Positions 34,458-45,652 of a stretch of DNA of 64,000 nucleotides are shown here, one piece after another (the first letter of the stretch is position 1; each line of letters opens with the position of its first letter). Both the position numbers and the translations under genes were made by a program. Below the pieces are notes generated by a model, which saw only the letters and a list, made by a program, of their open reading frames with translations, ran no database searches and was not told the origin of the DNA. Origin of the DNA: Picochlorum sp. SENEW3 (Eukaryota); the NCBI GenBank assembly GCA_034226945.1, contig CP120456.1, positions 186,001-250,000 on the forward strand, written 5' to 3'.

Positions 34458-35732
34458 TCAGTCTTCTTCATCAGAGTCTTGAAACATTTTCCTATGCTGC
34501 TGTATTGTAGACACAGTCTGTTCCCTGAGCAGTCTATCATGTTCTACTGTTCTTTTCCGTAGTAACTTTGTCTTTTCCTCATAATCCTGCTTTCTCTTTT
34601 TCAGCATCATCTGAGCTTTCCGCCGTCTTTCGGCGAGCTTTGCATCGTCTATCGACAGCTGCGCCCCCTCATCATCTTGAGCAAATGGATCCTCTTCTTC
34701 TTCTGCATTTGCTTCCTCTGCCTCATCGCATGTGATCTTGTTCCCGTAATCATCTTGAGACGTAGTCGTCTCATTCTCAGAGTCCTTCTTTTCCGCGATA
34801 TGATCCTCTAAATCCTCTATAAAGCGATGAAAACTTTTTTCTGGAGTTGCTTGGAAGAGACCACCATCGCCATGCATACTTTTAACTCGCATCAAGAATG
34901 CCTCAGCATCCTTCCTCAAAGACATGTTGTTCATCATGCAACGAATGGCCCTCATCGAAAGTTTTTCTTTGACTGGAATATGGTCCTCGTCATCTTCCTC
35001 GTGATATTCCAGGAGCATGGCAATCGATTCCGGCTTGCTCTCTTCTTTCACAGATGATGATGAAACAGCAGCATCCTTCCAACGATCAACCATGTCTCTG
35101 AATATGATATGATGACCGTGCCCACTGTCCACAAATTCAAACCTACGAAAGATACTATCGTCCTCCACCGATGCCCCATCACGCTCCAATCCTGCAGTAT
35201 ACTTGGCCACCAGGCTCATTACAGCAAGTTGCCTCAGGCTCATTGGTCCAGAAGATGGAGGAGGGATTGAACCCTTGAGACTCTGTTCCACGATTGCACG
35301 AGCATATGGTGGTGGGGGTGGAATCAGAGAACCATGCTCAATCTTGGTTGATGGAGCATCATACGAGAATGCTACTGCACCATACTCCCCAGCGCCACAG
35401 GCCCCCTGACTCTTGGGCGAGGACAAGGTTCCACCATCATACAAGTCTCCGTAGCGAATCTCATCCAAATCAGCGAAATCTCCCTCATCATGCCCTCGAT
35501 CTGCCTTCAGAATCATACGAAGCTCCAACGGATCAAGGAGCAATCGACAATCAAACCTATCCACAGTCACACCCCCCATGTCGACAAGCTGATCATTCTC
35601 ATCAAACCCATCTGGACATGGCTCAGTCTCCACAGAAATACCTCGTATATGAAACTGATCCTCATCCTGAGGTCTTGTAGCGATGTCGGAGAGACCAGCA
35701 AACATTGGCATGTCCGCTGACATGTCAATCAT
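34458..35732 (-). CDS. Suppressor-of-white-apricot (SWAP, DRY_EERY domain) splicing-regulator-like protein
   Basis: VDRFDCRLLLD...LDEIRYGDL and GAVAFSY motifs; degenerate SURP-like RFEFV...H.HH. Confidence 0.7.
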   Translation of the reverse strand: MIDMSADMPMFAGLSDIATRPQDEDQFHIRGISVETEPCPDGFDENDQLVDMGGVTVDRFDCRLLLDPLELRMILKADRGHDEGDFADLDEIRYGDLYDGGTLSSPKSQGACGAGEYGAVAFSYDAPSTKIEHGSLIPPPPPYARAIVEQSLKGSIPPPSSGPMSLRQLAVMSLVAKYTAGLERDGASVEDDSIFRRFEFVDSGHGHHIIFRDMVDRWKDAAVSSSSVKEESKPESIAMLLEYHEEDDEDHIPVKEKLSMRAIRCMMNNMSLRKDAEAFLMRVKSMHGDGGLFQATPEKSFHRFIEDLEDHIAEKKDSENETTTSQDDYGNKITCDEAEEANAEEEEDPFAQDDEGAQLSIDDAKLAERRRKAQMMLKKRKQDYEEKTKLLRKRTVEHDRLLREQTVSTIQQHRKMFQDSDEED

Positions 35733-35830
35733 GGCGTTTCATAGCAACCAACGGTGTATTTGAAATCATTTTTGATGTTAAACACGTATCGAAACCATAT
35801 AAATTAATGATAATATGAATTTGAAATTTA

Positions 35831-37915
35831 TTAAGGAGCAATACAGTCCAAGCTATTTCGAAGAGTACTCTCCGTACTCTCATGTTGGTTCTGAATCTTT
35901 TCCAAAAGATTGCCAGAGGCAGATGGGTCGATACAGTCAGGAGAGTGCCAATGCGACGTCTCATCGTCACATTTCACTGGATTTGAATTTTTCAGAGGCG
36001 TCACAGAGGCAGGGATGCTGTGCCCGACGCCATCCTGCCTGTCTAACACAACGATTTTGTGGAGGCATTCATCCAATGTCAATTCTATTCCACAATTGCA
36101 CTGCACTGCACTCATTTTTCTCCAGGTGCTGACTTCTCCCATTTTAAATATGGCAATAATATCTTCAGGAGTTGGCGTGGAGACGACACTCTTCATATGC
36201 AGAAGAGGGTCTGAAGGGACAATGGTGACATCGCCTTCCCATGGTTCACTCAGGTGCTGAAGCCACGAACGAGGTATCCACGTCGGCAGCAACTCTTTGA
36301 TCTGGCGACACGTATGCTGAAATTCGGATTCCAACATTCGACCAACTTTGGCTCCAAGGTATTGCTTGATGGAGAGGAATGGCGCCACAGATGGTGTAAT
36401 CTGTGACACGATGAAATGATTCACGCTAAACATCTCGCTCAACCTCGCTATCGGGCTATCCATTTTATATTTCGTACACCGAGGATAAAATGTTTTTCCA
36501 ATCGGCGAGGCTGAAACGGCATCATCGCGAGATCCTCCTGCTGAAGAGGCATACATCATTCCATAACTCCTGCTCAGTGATGATACCACTGCAGACCACA
36601 CCAGAATGTCAGGAGATGTTAAATAATTTAACACTCTCGGTGCTGTACCAGGTGTTTCCACGAAAATATTCAATATTCTTCCCGTGTGCGTGTATGCTTC
36701 AAGAAATGTCAGGTCTCCTAGCATCCTCCGCAGACGAGTCGTGCACACCCCTTTACCATCCACAGCACACATTGCAAAAAACGCTAGATCCATCGATTCC
36801 GTATTCTGAAACAAAAGTTGCAGCTCGGCATCGCTCCTTGTAGCAATAAAAGCACCAACCAAAGACCCAGCACTCGATCCAGCAAGTATCCTTGGCACCA
36901 TGTGATGATCCACCAATGCTTTCAACACCCCCAAATGAAACACCCCCATCACACCTCCTCCAGACAGCACTAGAGCCGTTCGACCGAATGAATGCCGCGT
37001 CTCTCTCAGAAATGTCAGTTTCTCTCGAATGCTAATGTCATCACTCAGCGTAATTTGCTCCAAGTGCAATCGAACCTCATCAATATACTCACGAATCAAA
37101 CCAGGAACAATAGGAAAATGCTGATTCAACCTTGTATCAGCAATATTGCCCAAATTCCGTACTAAATCACACCGCACAGCGTACATTTGCTCCCTCACAG
37201 ACTCATACCTCTCCTCCGCACATGAACACGTCCGATGCTTCTCAGATGCATACCGCACCCTCCGCAAATGATCAATCGTCCCCTCAAGCAAGTCCCTATC
37301 ATACAAAGATTGCTCTAATCGCTTCCTCTCGCGATCAGTCACACCTTCCAACGCCTCCAATTTAGACACATGAAGACACCATTCATAATAGCTGCAACAC
37401 CCCTTTTCAATCTTCCACCGCTCTTGTTTCTTCTTTCGAACAGTCTCATCATACATATCTCTATATGCCTTGTAGCCAATCGTATACAAACCCTTGGCAA
37501 CCAGAGCAGCCACAAGAAGATGCCATCTCCTGATCAACACAGCCATCATGGACCCCCCATCACCCCCATTCCCCCACAGACTCGGCAGCCGCACTGTCAA
37601 ACACGTCCCACCCATATACCCTATAAGATTCATAGCTCTTTTCTGAAGCTCCCGTGCCGCATGAACCGTCCATGCGTGCCACCATAAGATGTTTGTCACG
37701 AGGAATTTCAATGGAGACAAGACACCCCAACAACACATGAATATACTCTGTAAGACATACTGTGACATTATTATATGAATTAAAGATTTTTCATCGGCTG
37801 ACGTGATGGAATGGAGGGCATGCTGCTTGGAGACCCTTGGGCTGGTATGAATCTCACTTCCGAGACGTCGAGAAGCCCCTCCATGGTCCCATTCAACCAG
37901 CTTCTTCTTCTTCAT
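35831..37915 (-). CDS. Patatin-like SDP1/TGL-type triacylglycerol lipase homolog (true start probably downstream of 37915)
   Basis: FGRTALVLSGGG, GSSAG, GDLTFLEAY..TGRILNI, LNYLTSP, NHFIVSQ, WEGDVTI. Confidence 0.85.
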   Translation of the reverse strand: MKKKKLVEWDHGGASRRLGSEIHTSPRVSKQHALHSITSADEKSLIHIIMSQYVLQSIFMCCWGVLSPLKFLVTNILWWHAWTVHAARELQKRAMNLIGYMGGTCLTVRLPSLWGNGGDGGSMMAVLIRRWHLLVAALVAKGLYTIGYKAYRDMYDETVRKKKQERWKIEKGCCSYYEWCLHVSKLEALEGVTDRERKRLEQSLYDRDLLEGTIDHLRRVRYASEKHRTCSCAEERYESVREQMYAVRCDLVRNLGNIADTRLNQHFPIVPGLIREYIDEVRLHLEQITLSDDISIREKLTFLRETRHSFGRTALVLSGGGVMGVFHLGVLKALVDHHMVPRILAGSSAGSLVGAFIATRSDAELQLLFQNTESMDLAFFAMCAVDGKGVCTTRLRRMLGDLTFLEAYTHTGRILNIFVETPGTAPRVLNYLTSPDILVWSAVVSSLSRSYGMMYASSAGGSRDDAVSASPIGKTFYPRCTKYKMDSPIARLSEMFSVNHFIVSQITPSVAPFLSIKQYLGAKVGRMLESEFQHTCRQIKELLPTWIPRSWLQHLSEPWEGDVTIVPSDPLLHMKSVVSTPTPEDIIAIFKMGEVSTWRKMSAVQCNCGIELTLDECLHKIVVLDRQDGVGHSIPASVTPLKNSNPVKCDDETSHWHSPDCIDPSASGNLLEKIQNQHESTESTLRNSLDCIAP

Positions 37916-38207
37916 ATTAATTCATATGAAATGTAATCAAATTGTTCGACCCACAGCCTCCACAACGCTGTGTCATGCAGGGTCCTCCGCCATGAGATGG
38001 ACACGGTATTCGGGATTCTTGACCAAATGATTGCTTCTCCTATCAAACATACATTTGATAGGAACAATATGAATACATCGAGCGGGTCGCTGCAGGGCTC
38101 TCGAATACAGCCACAGTCGACAACATGACGGCTTCCATTCCCCTCACCTGGACATTTTATATATTCTGTGCAAGTCACCTAGTTCAATACACGAGGTCTA
38201 GAGTACA

Positions 38208-38860
38208 ATGCAGTTGTGCAGAGCCCCACAGAGTCGAGGAGCCTTGTCTTCTCGCAACTCATCCTTCGCCTCACAGGGATCCTTTTCCAAGGTAGGAATA
38301 TTAAACTTATTTTCACACAGAATTCTGTGTGTGTGGGAGGGACAATGTGGGTTCCTCCTTGAGGTCATGGCGGGAGGACGGCGGACTGTTGTCACCATAA
38401 TGGTCACCCTTGTCCCTTTATCTGTCACTAGAGTGGATATGGGACAAGGATAAAGTGAATTGATGGTGCCATCGGGGGGAATGTGGTACATTGGTTGTGT
38501 GTGGTAGGCTGTGTGCGTGCGGTGCGTCTAGACCAACGGAGTGACGCTGGGATTGTTCGTGTGATGTAGGTGGCAAAGAATGTTGCTGTTGTGACTATGA
38601 GGAAGAAGGGGATTCATCCAGAGTGGTATGAGGAGTCCAAGGTTGTGTGCAATGGAGAGGAGGTGTTGGTGACCAGTGGCACCCAGCCAGATTACAATGT
38701 AGATATTTGGTCCGGGAATCATCCATACTTCCAGGGAATTACAACGTCTGTAGTGACTAATGAGGGTCGTGTGAACAAGTTTAAGCGCAGGTTTGAAGGG
38801 TTGGATAGCTTGAGTGCTGTGGAGACGACATCATCTGTCTTGGAGAAGAATAAGAAATAG
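38208..38860 (+). CDS. RPL31: Plastid 50S ribosomal protein L31, 2 exons
   Basis: RKKGIHPEWY...VDIWSGNHPYF...GRVNKFKRRF; transit-peptide exon 38208-38291 and intron 38292-38569. Confidence 0.93.
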
Positions 38861-38923
38861 ATTCCTTTTTTATTTTAATTTGTAGTATCATCCTCATGTT
38901 ACATACCGTTTGAATGTACACGT

Positions 38924-41900
38924 TTATTGGTCTACTTTTGCTCCTCGGCGTCGTCGTTCTCCTTTTTGGAATGCGGCCTTGAGCTTGGAGGGGGATTCGT
39001 GGGAGGCAGCTTTGGCGCTTCGAGAGCGTTTGCGAGTCACCTTTTTGGCTGGTTCGTCTGCCACGTCTTCCTCTGCATCGTGCATACCATCTTCAATATT
39101 TGGCGCAGCATTTTCTTCTTGGTCGTCGTTCTTGGCGTCCGCAGGGATGTCTGTAGGGTGTGCATCATCATCATCCTGCTGGACAGTGTCATCATGGGGC
39201 AAGGGAGCCACCATGGCGTCATCAGGTTCCTGATTATTATTCTCACTGCCTGATCTGAATCTTCTGGATAATGTTTCGATCGATGGGGCACAAAGTGAGT
39301 CAATGGTTGCCTTGGATGGGGCAGATCGTTCATTTCTTGCAGGGACATTGTCCCTCTCTGCATCCACAGCATACTCATGTTTGATGGTATCAGACACTTT
39401 GCATGACATCTGGCCGAGATGGTCTTTATGATCATCCGCAAAGGATGAGAGGTCCTTTTCGCACGCCTGTGTTGACTGCAATATTTGGTCAACCATGTGT
39501 GTGTGTGCTGCATGATGCGATTTCCCTGCATCCTCCAATTCCTCAGCAACAGTCTTGACGGTTTCAACCATGGTGTACGCATTGTTCTGATGTGCTTCAA
39601 GATCCACTTTCAATGCGTCAACGTCCTTCTTTGCCTTTGATGCAATGGCTTTCGAGTGCTTTTTCAATTGCTCTGTGGCTGCACCTTGGTGTGCATGCAT
39701 TGTTTCATGCATCTCCAATGCTGTTGAGACGTGACCATTGTGGCAGGTATACAGATTGTCAAACATTGTATCAGTCTCTTGGTGCATCTGCGCTTGTGTT
39801 GCGGCCACGGACTCTTCGTGCCGAGCCATGTGGTTGAAGGACTCATGGGCAGCTTTGCTGACCCCATCCAAATTGGATGCAAGGGCCCTTCCGTCAGTCG
39901 CCATGGTCTCCTGAAGGGTTTCTGAAAATTCACCAACTTTTTGATTTGTTTTAGATACAAAATCTCCAACAAGATGCTGAATCTGCTCCACCAACGCCTG
40001 CTCATTCACTTGATTGGTCTGGACGAAATCAGCAGAAAATGTTTCTGTCATTCTCTGTTGAGATGCCAGCGATTCCTCCAGCTTTTGCTTCATGGAACTC
40101 ACTTGGGTCAATGCTGTTTCCATACTGAGTCGAATATCACCTGTAAACGCGGTGATGGCTTCTTTCAGAGTTTCTGCATGCTGTGCCTGCAGTGCCTGCA
40201 GGGCATCCATGGCTGCCTTTTCCTCCTGTGCTTTTGTATTCATGGTTTCGAGGACATTATCCAGTTCCTTCTGCACTTTTCTCGCAGATGCGTCAGCCAT
40301 ATTGTGATATTTTTCCTGACGTTGCGCCATGGCGTCGATGGACGTGGTGCTAGATTCTGCCATGCGATGCAGGGCTTCATGCAACCCAGTCAGCATCTCA
40401 TCCATTTTCGACTTGGCCTCAACCAACGACTCTCTTGAATCATCCATCATCTTTTGCTGCATTGAAGACAAATTCTGTAACTCGTTCTGTGCGTTGCCAA
40501 GCAAATCCATTTGTGCAGCAACAGCTGCTTGCAGTGTTCTGTCCATGGTGGAAATCTGTGTCACAGTGTCTTCACACATGTCATTCAGAAGAACAGCATT
40601 TTTATCCTCCAGCATATTCTTGACATCCACTCGAGAGAATAACGTTTGGATATCTGAGAAGGCTGTGGCCAAATCCCCCGTGAGGCCGACAGCATGCTGT
40701 GCAAGGGCACCTTGGCATGTTTGCTGCTCATGGATAATATAATCCCGCTCTGCAATGTCTTCCTTGGCTGCTGCGAGCTCTGCACGTGTCATATGTAGAT
40801 TCGATTCCAATTCTTCTCTCACCGCTTCGAGCTCTTGCACTTTGGCGTCCCATTCTTCAATCAATGCAGCCTTTTCCTCTTCATGCTTTTCTTCCACAGC
40901 CTCTGCCTCTGCCTCGAGCTTTTCAATCGTTTCTTGCTGTTCCTTCATACGGGCGCAATCTTCTTCGTACTGCGCATGAGGAATGTAGACCCCATTCTTC
41001 TCACGAGTGGCAACGAGCTCAGCCTTGAGCCTGGCAATCTCAACCCCCATTTCCTTCAAGTGCGTTGTCTTTGAAATCTTCTGGTTCACCTCGGGCTTGT
41101 TCTTAATATTCTTTGCCCTATGCGCGTAATCCAAGGTTGACATTGTCTCTTCTTGACACTGCACAGTCGGTGCAATCGTAGCAATAATACACGTCTTTGT
41201 CTTGCCACCCAATGAATCTCTCAACAACCTGGTCAGCTTTGAATCCCTATAAGGAACGTGCACCTGACCTTCAACAAGAGCCGTTATCACCCTTCCAAGC
41301 GTCAACAAGGACTTGTTAATATTACCAGCCTCCTTTGCTCGCTGATCAACAGCCCCACTCCGGGTGATATTTTCACTCCCAGCCAAATCCACCAGGTACA
41401 ATTTCCCAACCCGAATCACCTCCTCTCCTTCCGCCAAAACCTCCCGAACAGACACCGTCACCACAAAGACGGAATGAGAACGAGAAGACTGTTTATTCAA
41501 AAGCGTCTCCGCCGTCCTTCGCCGCGCATTCCCCGTCTCCAACAGAGAAAATATATCTCCAGCCACCTTCACATGAGGCTCCTCCAATCCCTGCAACACC
41601 ACCCCTGAACGATCCTCCAATATCCTCACCTTTGGCGGTTCGCTCCCAATCGCAAGTAAATCGGTGATTTCTTCATTATACAACTCCAAAAACGAGCATT
41701 TCACCGTAAACTCATTCACCCCAGCAAGCCCCTCCAGATATGAGAAGATTTGACCCACAGCCCTGGGAATCACTCCAGAGCCCTCCGTCACCGACGGAGA
41801 CACCATATCTCCCGTCATCGTATGCGTCTTTCCTGTCCCAGTCTGACCATACGCAAACACCGTGCAATTGAATCCCTGCAGCACCTCATCCACCATGGGA

Positions 41901-42239
41901 GCAACAGCAGTCTCATACAGCATCTCCTGCGTCGTCTCAGGACCATACACCCTATCAAAATGATACTTTCTATTAAACTGCTTCCCTCCCACAGACTGTG
42001 TCAACTGAACTTCCTTATGCAATGCATCACAAGTAACCACCTCTGGAGTCCTGTGCTCCACCTCCTCCTCAGACCTCGGCCTACAAGACGCACCAATCTT
42101 AGTTAAATGAATGTATTAGTACGTAGTAATTCATATGAATCACACACCTGCATCGAACAATCACCTGAACGTTCGTCTCAGATGACAAGGACGAATTGGT
42201 CGTTGCTCCCTGGTTGCCATCCTTCTTCCTCGCACCCAT
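38924..42239 (-). CDS. Kinesin-5 (BimC/Eg5 family), 2 exons
   Basis: NVQVIVRCR|P, YGQTGTGKT, SSRSH, LVDLAGSE, TLDYAHRAKNIKNKPEVNQK, REKNGVY; intron 42081-42147. Confidence 0.95.
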
Positions 42240-42650
42240 CCTGTTCAAGTATTACCCTATTGTTGTTTTAAAACTAGAATAAGCCAATATATCGATATCT
42301 CAATGCAATATTCAGGCAGAAGATGCAATCAACCTCGACGTCGTTGCTCGGTGGTTGGTCGAGCAGAAGACAGAGGTTGCTCTAAAACAGAGTTGAATCT
42401 GTATCAATACGGCACCATTCAACAGAATAGGCGATTATTGTATTACTTAGGACACGAATAGTAGGAGCGAGTGCTCTATGTCTCTCCATGAGATGGAGAG
42501 ATTCTTCCAGACAGTAACGACCTATTGCATGATACAAGATTCCCATCAAACCCATTGTTTGATGGGTTTGAATGAAAAATATATGTTCTCTCTTCCCATG
42601 CATTCTAGGACAACGCAGAGGCCTTGTCTTCCCCACTATTATTCTTCATA

Positions 42651-44067
42651 ATGGCTAATAATCAGCATCATCAGGAGGGTGGGCCTGATCCAGAGGAGGA
42701 GAGGGTGGCCCACGATTCTCAATCCACTCGGAATGAAACCACGAATAATAATAACGGTGTAGCGCATTCGGATGGGGTGAAAGAGACACAAGAAAAAGAG
42801 GAGGATGTTAATACTAATAATAAAAAGAAGAAGAAGAAGAAGATGAGGTTTTACAAGAGGTGCGTCAACAACAACAGCAAGGACAAGGTGTTTGCTTCCT
42901 TGGAGAGCCAGTGGTCAACCAGCGACTGCCCTCGTGTGTGTTGATCATCCATGTCTTTACCCACACATGTGTATGGTTCTAGGTTTACGTATCAACAGTT
43001 GCGAGGGTGGAGGCCTATATTGTCTGCGAGGAGAGCAGAGATCTTCTTCCTGGTTGTGGGGTCTTTGATGCTGGGGCTGGGTATTCCCATTTTGGTGGCT
43101 GCGATCAGTGTGCAAGAGTATAGAGTTCGATATGATGATATTGGGAGTTTGGCGGGGTTGACGCAAGAGCAGAGGGAAATGATGGTGACGCAGGGGAATG
43201 GGGTGACGTATGATGTGCCGATTACTGTTGACAAGGAGATGAAGGGGCCTGTACGTTTCTTCTTTGTATACTCGCAATACACCGTCTCATAATATCACAT
43301 ATTTACCTCGACTAACAATATATGTATATATACATTCAATAATAATGCAGGTGTATGTTGTGTTTGAGCTGGAGACATTTTTCCAGAATTATAGACGGTA
43401 TGTGCGAAGTTTTGATTCTCAGCAAATGCATGATGGAGATGTCTTTCCAGGTGGAAGCGCGTGTGATCCGTTCCGATACGAAGGATTTGATCCCAATAGC
43501 TCACTCCCAGAGAATGGTGCCATTCTGCCGTGTGGACAGATTTCTCAGAGTAATTTCAATGATTCATTTGTGCTCTCTTCGCCCAATAGACCTGATGTGA
43601 ATCTCTCCATTGATAGCTCGGATATTGCGTGGAGATCGGATGCGGAGAATTTGTATGGAAATTTCCCATCGGTGAATTTCAATCAAATGCCGCAGTATCG
43701 AGGGGGCAACACCACACAGTATCCTCTGAATGAGGATCAGCACTGGATGGTATGGCAGAGGCCTGCTGCTCACAAAAAGACGAATAAATTGTACGGGGAG
43801 ATATCATCTGATATACCAGAAGGAACGCAGTTGACCCTCACCGTGACGAATAGGTATAATGTGTATCCTTTCAATGGTACCAAGACACTGTTGTTGACAA
43901 CCAATTCATGGGTGGCTGGAAAGAATTTTGTGCTTCCTATTTTGTATTTAGTGTGTGCTGGGTTGTCCTATGGTAGTGCAATCTTCTTCTTTCTCAGTTA
44001 TGATGCGAATTTGTGGTACAAGAGGATTCCGGGTGATGAGCAGTGGTTGTCTTGGATGGGGAATTGA
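42651..44067 (+). CDS. CDC50/ALIS flippase beta-subunit, 3 exons
   Basis: RFTYQQL.GWRPIL, FFQNYRRYVRS, PCG..S.FND, DIAW.SD, Y.V..FNG.K...TTNSW..GKN; introns about 42860-42982 and 43251-43350. Confidence 0.92.
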
Positions 44068-44171
44068 TATCAAAAGAGGTCATCCATTGCTTAATCTTCA
44101 TGTAGATGAATTCCACTATTTCTGTCTTTTTTATGTAATTTATAGATCTTACGAGTAGTAATAGTAGTGAA

Positions 44172-45581
44172 ATGGCGGTGTGTGCGGAGAAGAATGTGTC
44201 AGCCATGCGCATGTCGTCAGGAAATTGCAATGGAAGAAGAAGAAGGATCTCTCATCGTGCGATGGTGCATTCTTTCATGGGAAACCCCAAAAATGTGATA
44301 GAATATGAGGGTGGTTGGAATCCGTCCTGTATCTACCATGGTAGGAAAGGTACCAAAGGCAGGGCTCAGTCTGCAATGACTGCCTACCCATCGAATACTG
44401 CTGATTCTACGGCGACAAGTAGCAGCATTGGTGATATTCAGTACCCCTCATCATGGTATAATGCGGATGGTCGATTGATGATTAAGAATCTGAGCAAGGA
44501 GGAGCTGGTGGCCTGGTGCCAGTCTATTGGAGAGGATGAGAAGAGGGCGTATCAGTTGTGGAGGTGGATGTATAGCGATGGGTGTTGGTTGCAAAATATT
44601 GATGATGCTCCTGCGGAGCATGTTCAAAATGGATTCGGCAAGGCGTTTCGGGAGAAGTTTCACAGCATGGCGACGTTGGATGGTGGGTTGGAGTTGGCAG
44701 AGAGTGTGACTGCGTCAGATGGGACGGTCAAGTTGGGATTTCGTGTGACGCATGGGTCTGCGGTGGGGAGTACGATTGAGACGGTGTTGATTCCTGTTGT
44801 ACGGGAGCATGGGTCGAAGGAAAGGATTACTTTGTGTGTGAGCTCTCAAATAGGATGTAATATGGGGTGCAAGTTTTGCTTTACTGGAACAATGGGATTG
44901 TGGGGAAACTTGACTCCGGGTCAGATTGTTGAGCAAGCGGTGGCAGCGAAGCGGTATTATTATCAAGAGCATCAGGCATTGTCTGTCACGAACGTGGTGT
45001 ATATGGGGTTGGGAGAGCCATTTGATAATTTGGAGGCAGTGATGGCTTCAATAGAGACATTGTTGGATCACCATGGGCTGCACTTTTCCCACAATAAAGT
45101 TACTGTGTCGACAGTTGGATTGATTCCTGAGATGAAGAGGTTTTTAGAGACAAGCAAGGCGTCCCTGGCTGTGTCGTTGCATGGGGCGACAGATGAGGTC
45201 CGGAGTTCCATTGTGCCTGTGAATAAGAGATACCCATTGAAGGATGTGGTAAGCACGTTGAAAGACTATTTTCCGGAAGGAGAGAAGAAGGCTTCACATG
45301 TACTGATAGAATATACCATGATGGAAGGGGTGAATGATTCGCCCGAACAGGCTGAGGAGCTATTGAAGGTGTTGGAGGGAGTCAAGTGCAAGATCAATCT
45401 GATTGTGTTCAATCCCCACGAGGGGACAGTGTATCGAGAGTCACCCCAGGAGAATGTGGATACATTTAGAGATGTTTTGATTCGGGGAGGGCGAGTGGTG
45501 ACAGTTCGACAATCACGAGGAGAGGACTCTATGGCAGCATGTGGACAGTTGGGGGAGGGGAAGGGAAAACGAATGCGATGA
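44172..45581 (+). CDS. rlmN: Radical-SAM dual-specificity RNA methyltransferase RlmN-like, organellar
   Basis: CVSSQIGCNMGCKFC.TG, MG.GEP, AVSLH, NLI.FN, AACGQL. Confidence 0.93.
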   Translation: MAVCAEKNVSAMRMSSGNCNGRRRRISHRAMVHSFMGNPKNVIEYEGGWNPSCIYHGRKGTKGRAQSAMTAYPSNTADSTATSSSIGDIQYPSSWYNADGRLMIKNLSKEELVAWCQSIGEDEKRAYQLWRWMYSDGCWLQNIDDAPAEHVQNGFGKAFREKFHSMATLDGGLELAESVTASDGTVKLGFRVTHGSAVGSTIETVLIPVVREHGSKERITLCVSSQIGCNMGCKFCFTGTMGLWGNLTPGQIVEQAVAAKRYYYQEHQALSVTNVVYMGLGEPFDNLEAVMASIETLLDHHGLHFSHNKVTVSTVGLIPEMKRFLETSKASLAVSLHGATDEVRSSIVPVNKRYPLKDVVSTLKDYFPEGEKKASHVLIEYTMMEGVNDSPEQAEELLKVLEGVKCKINLIVFNPHEGTVYRESPQENVDTFRDVLIRGGRVVTVRQSRGEDSMAACGQLGEGKGKRMR

Positions 45582-45652
45582 ATGTCATGCGAGTATGGTA
45601 GTCAGATGTTTCATAGCAGGTACATTGTATTGCATTCAATAACTTAATCATA

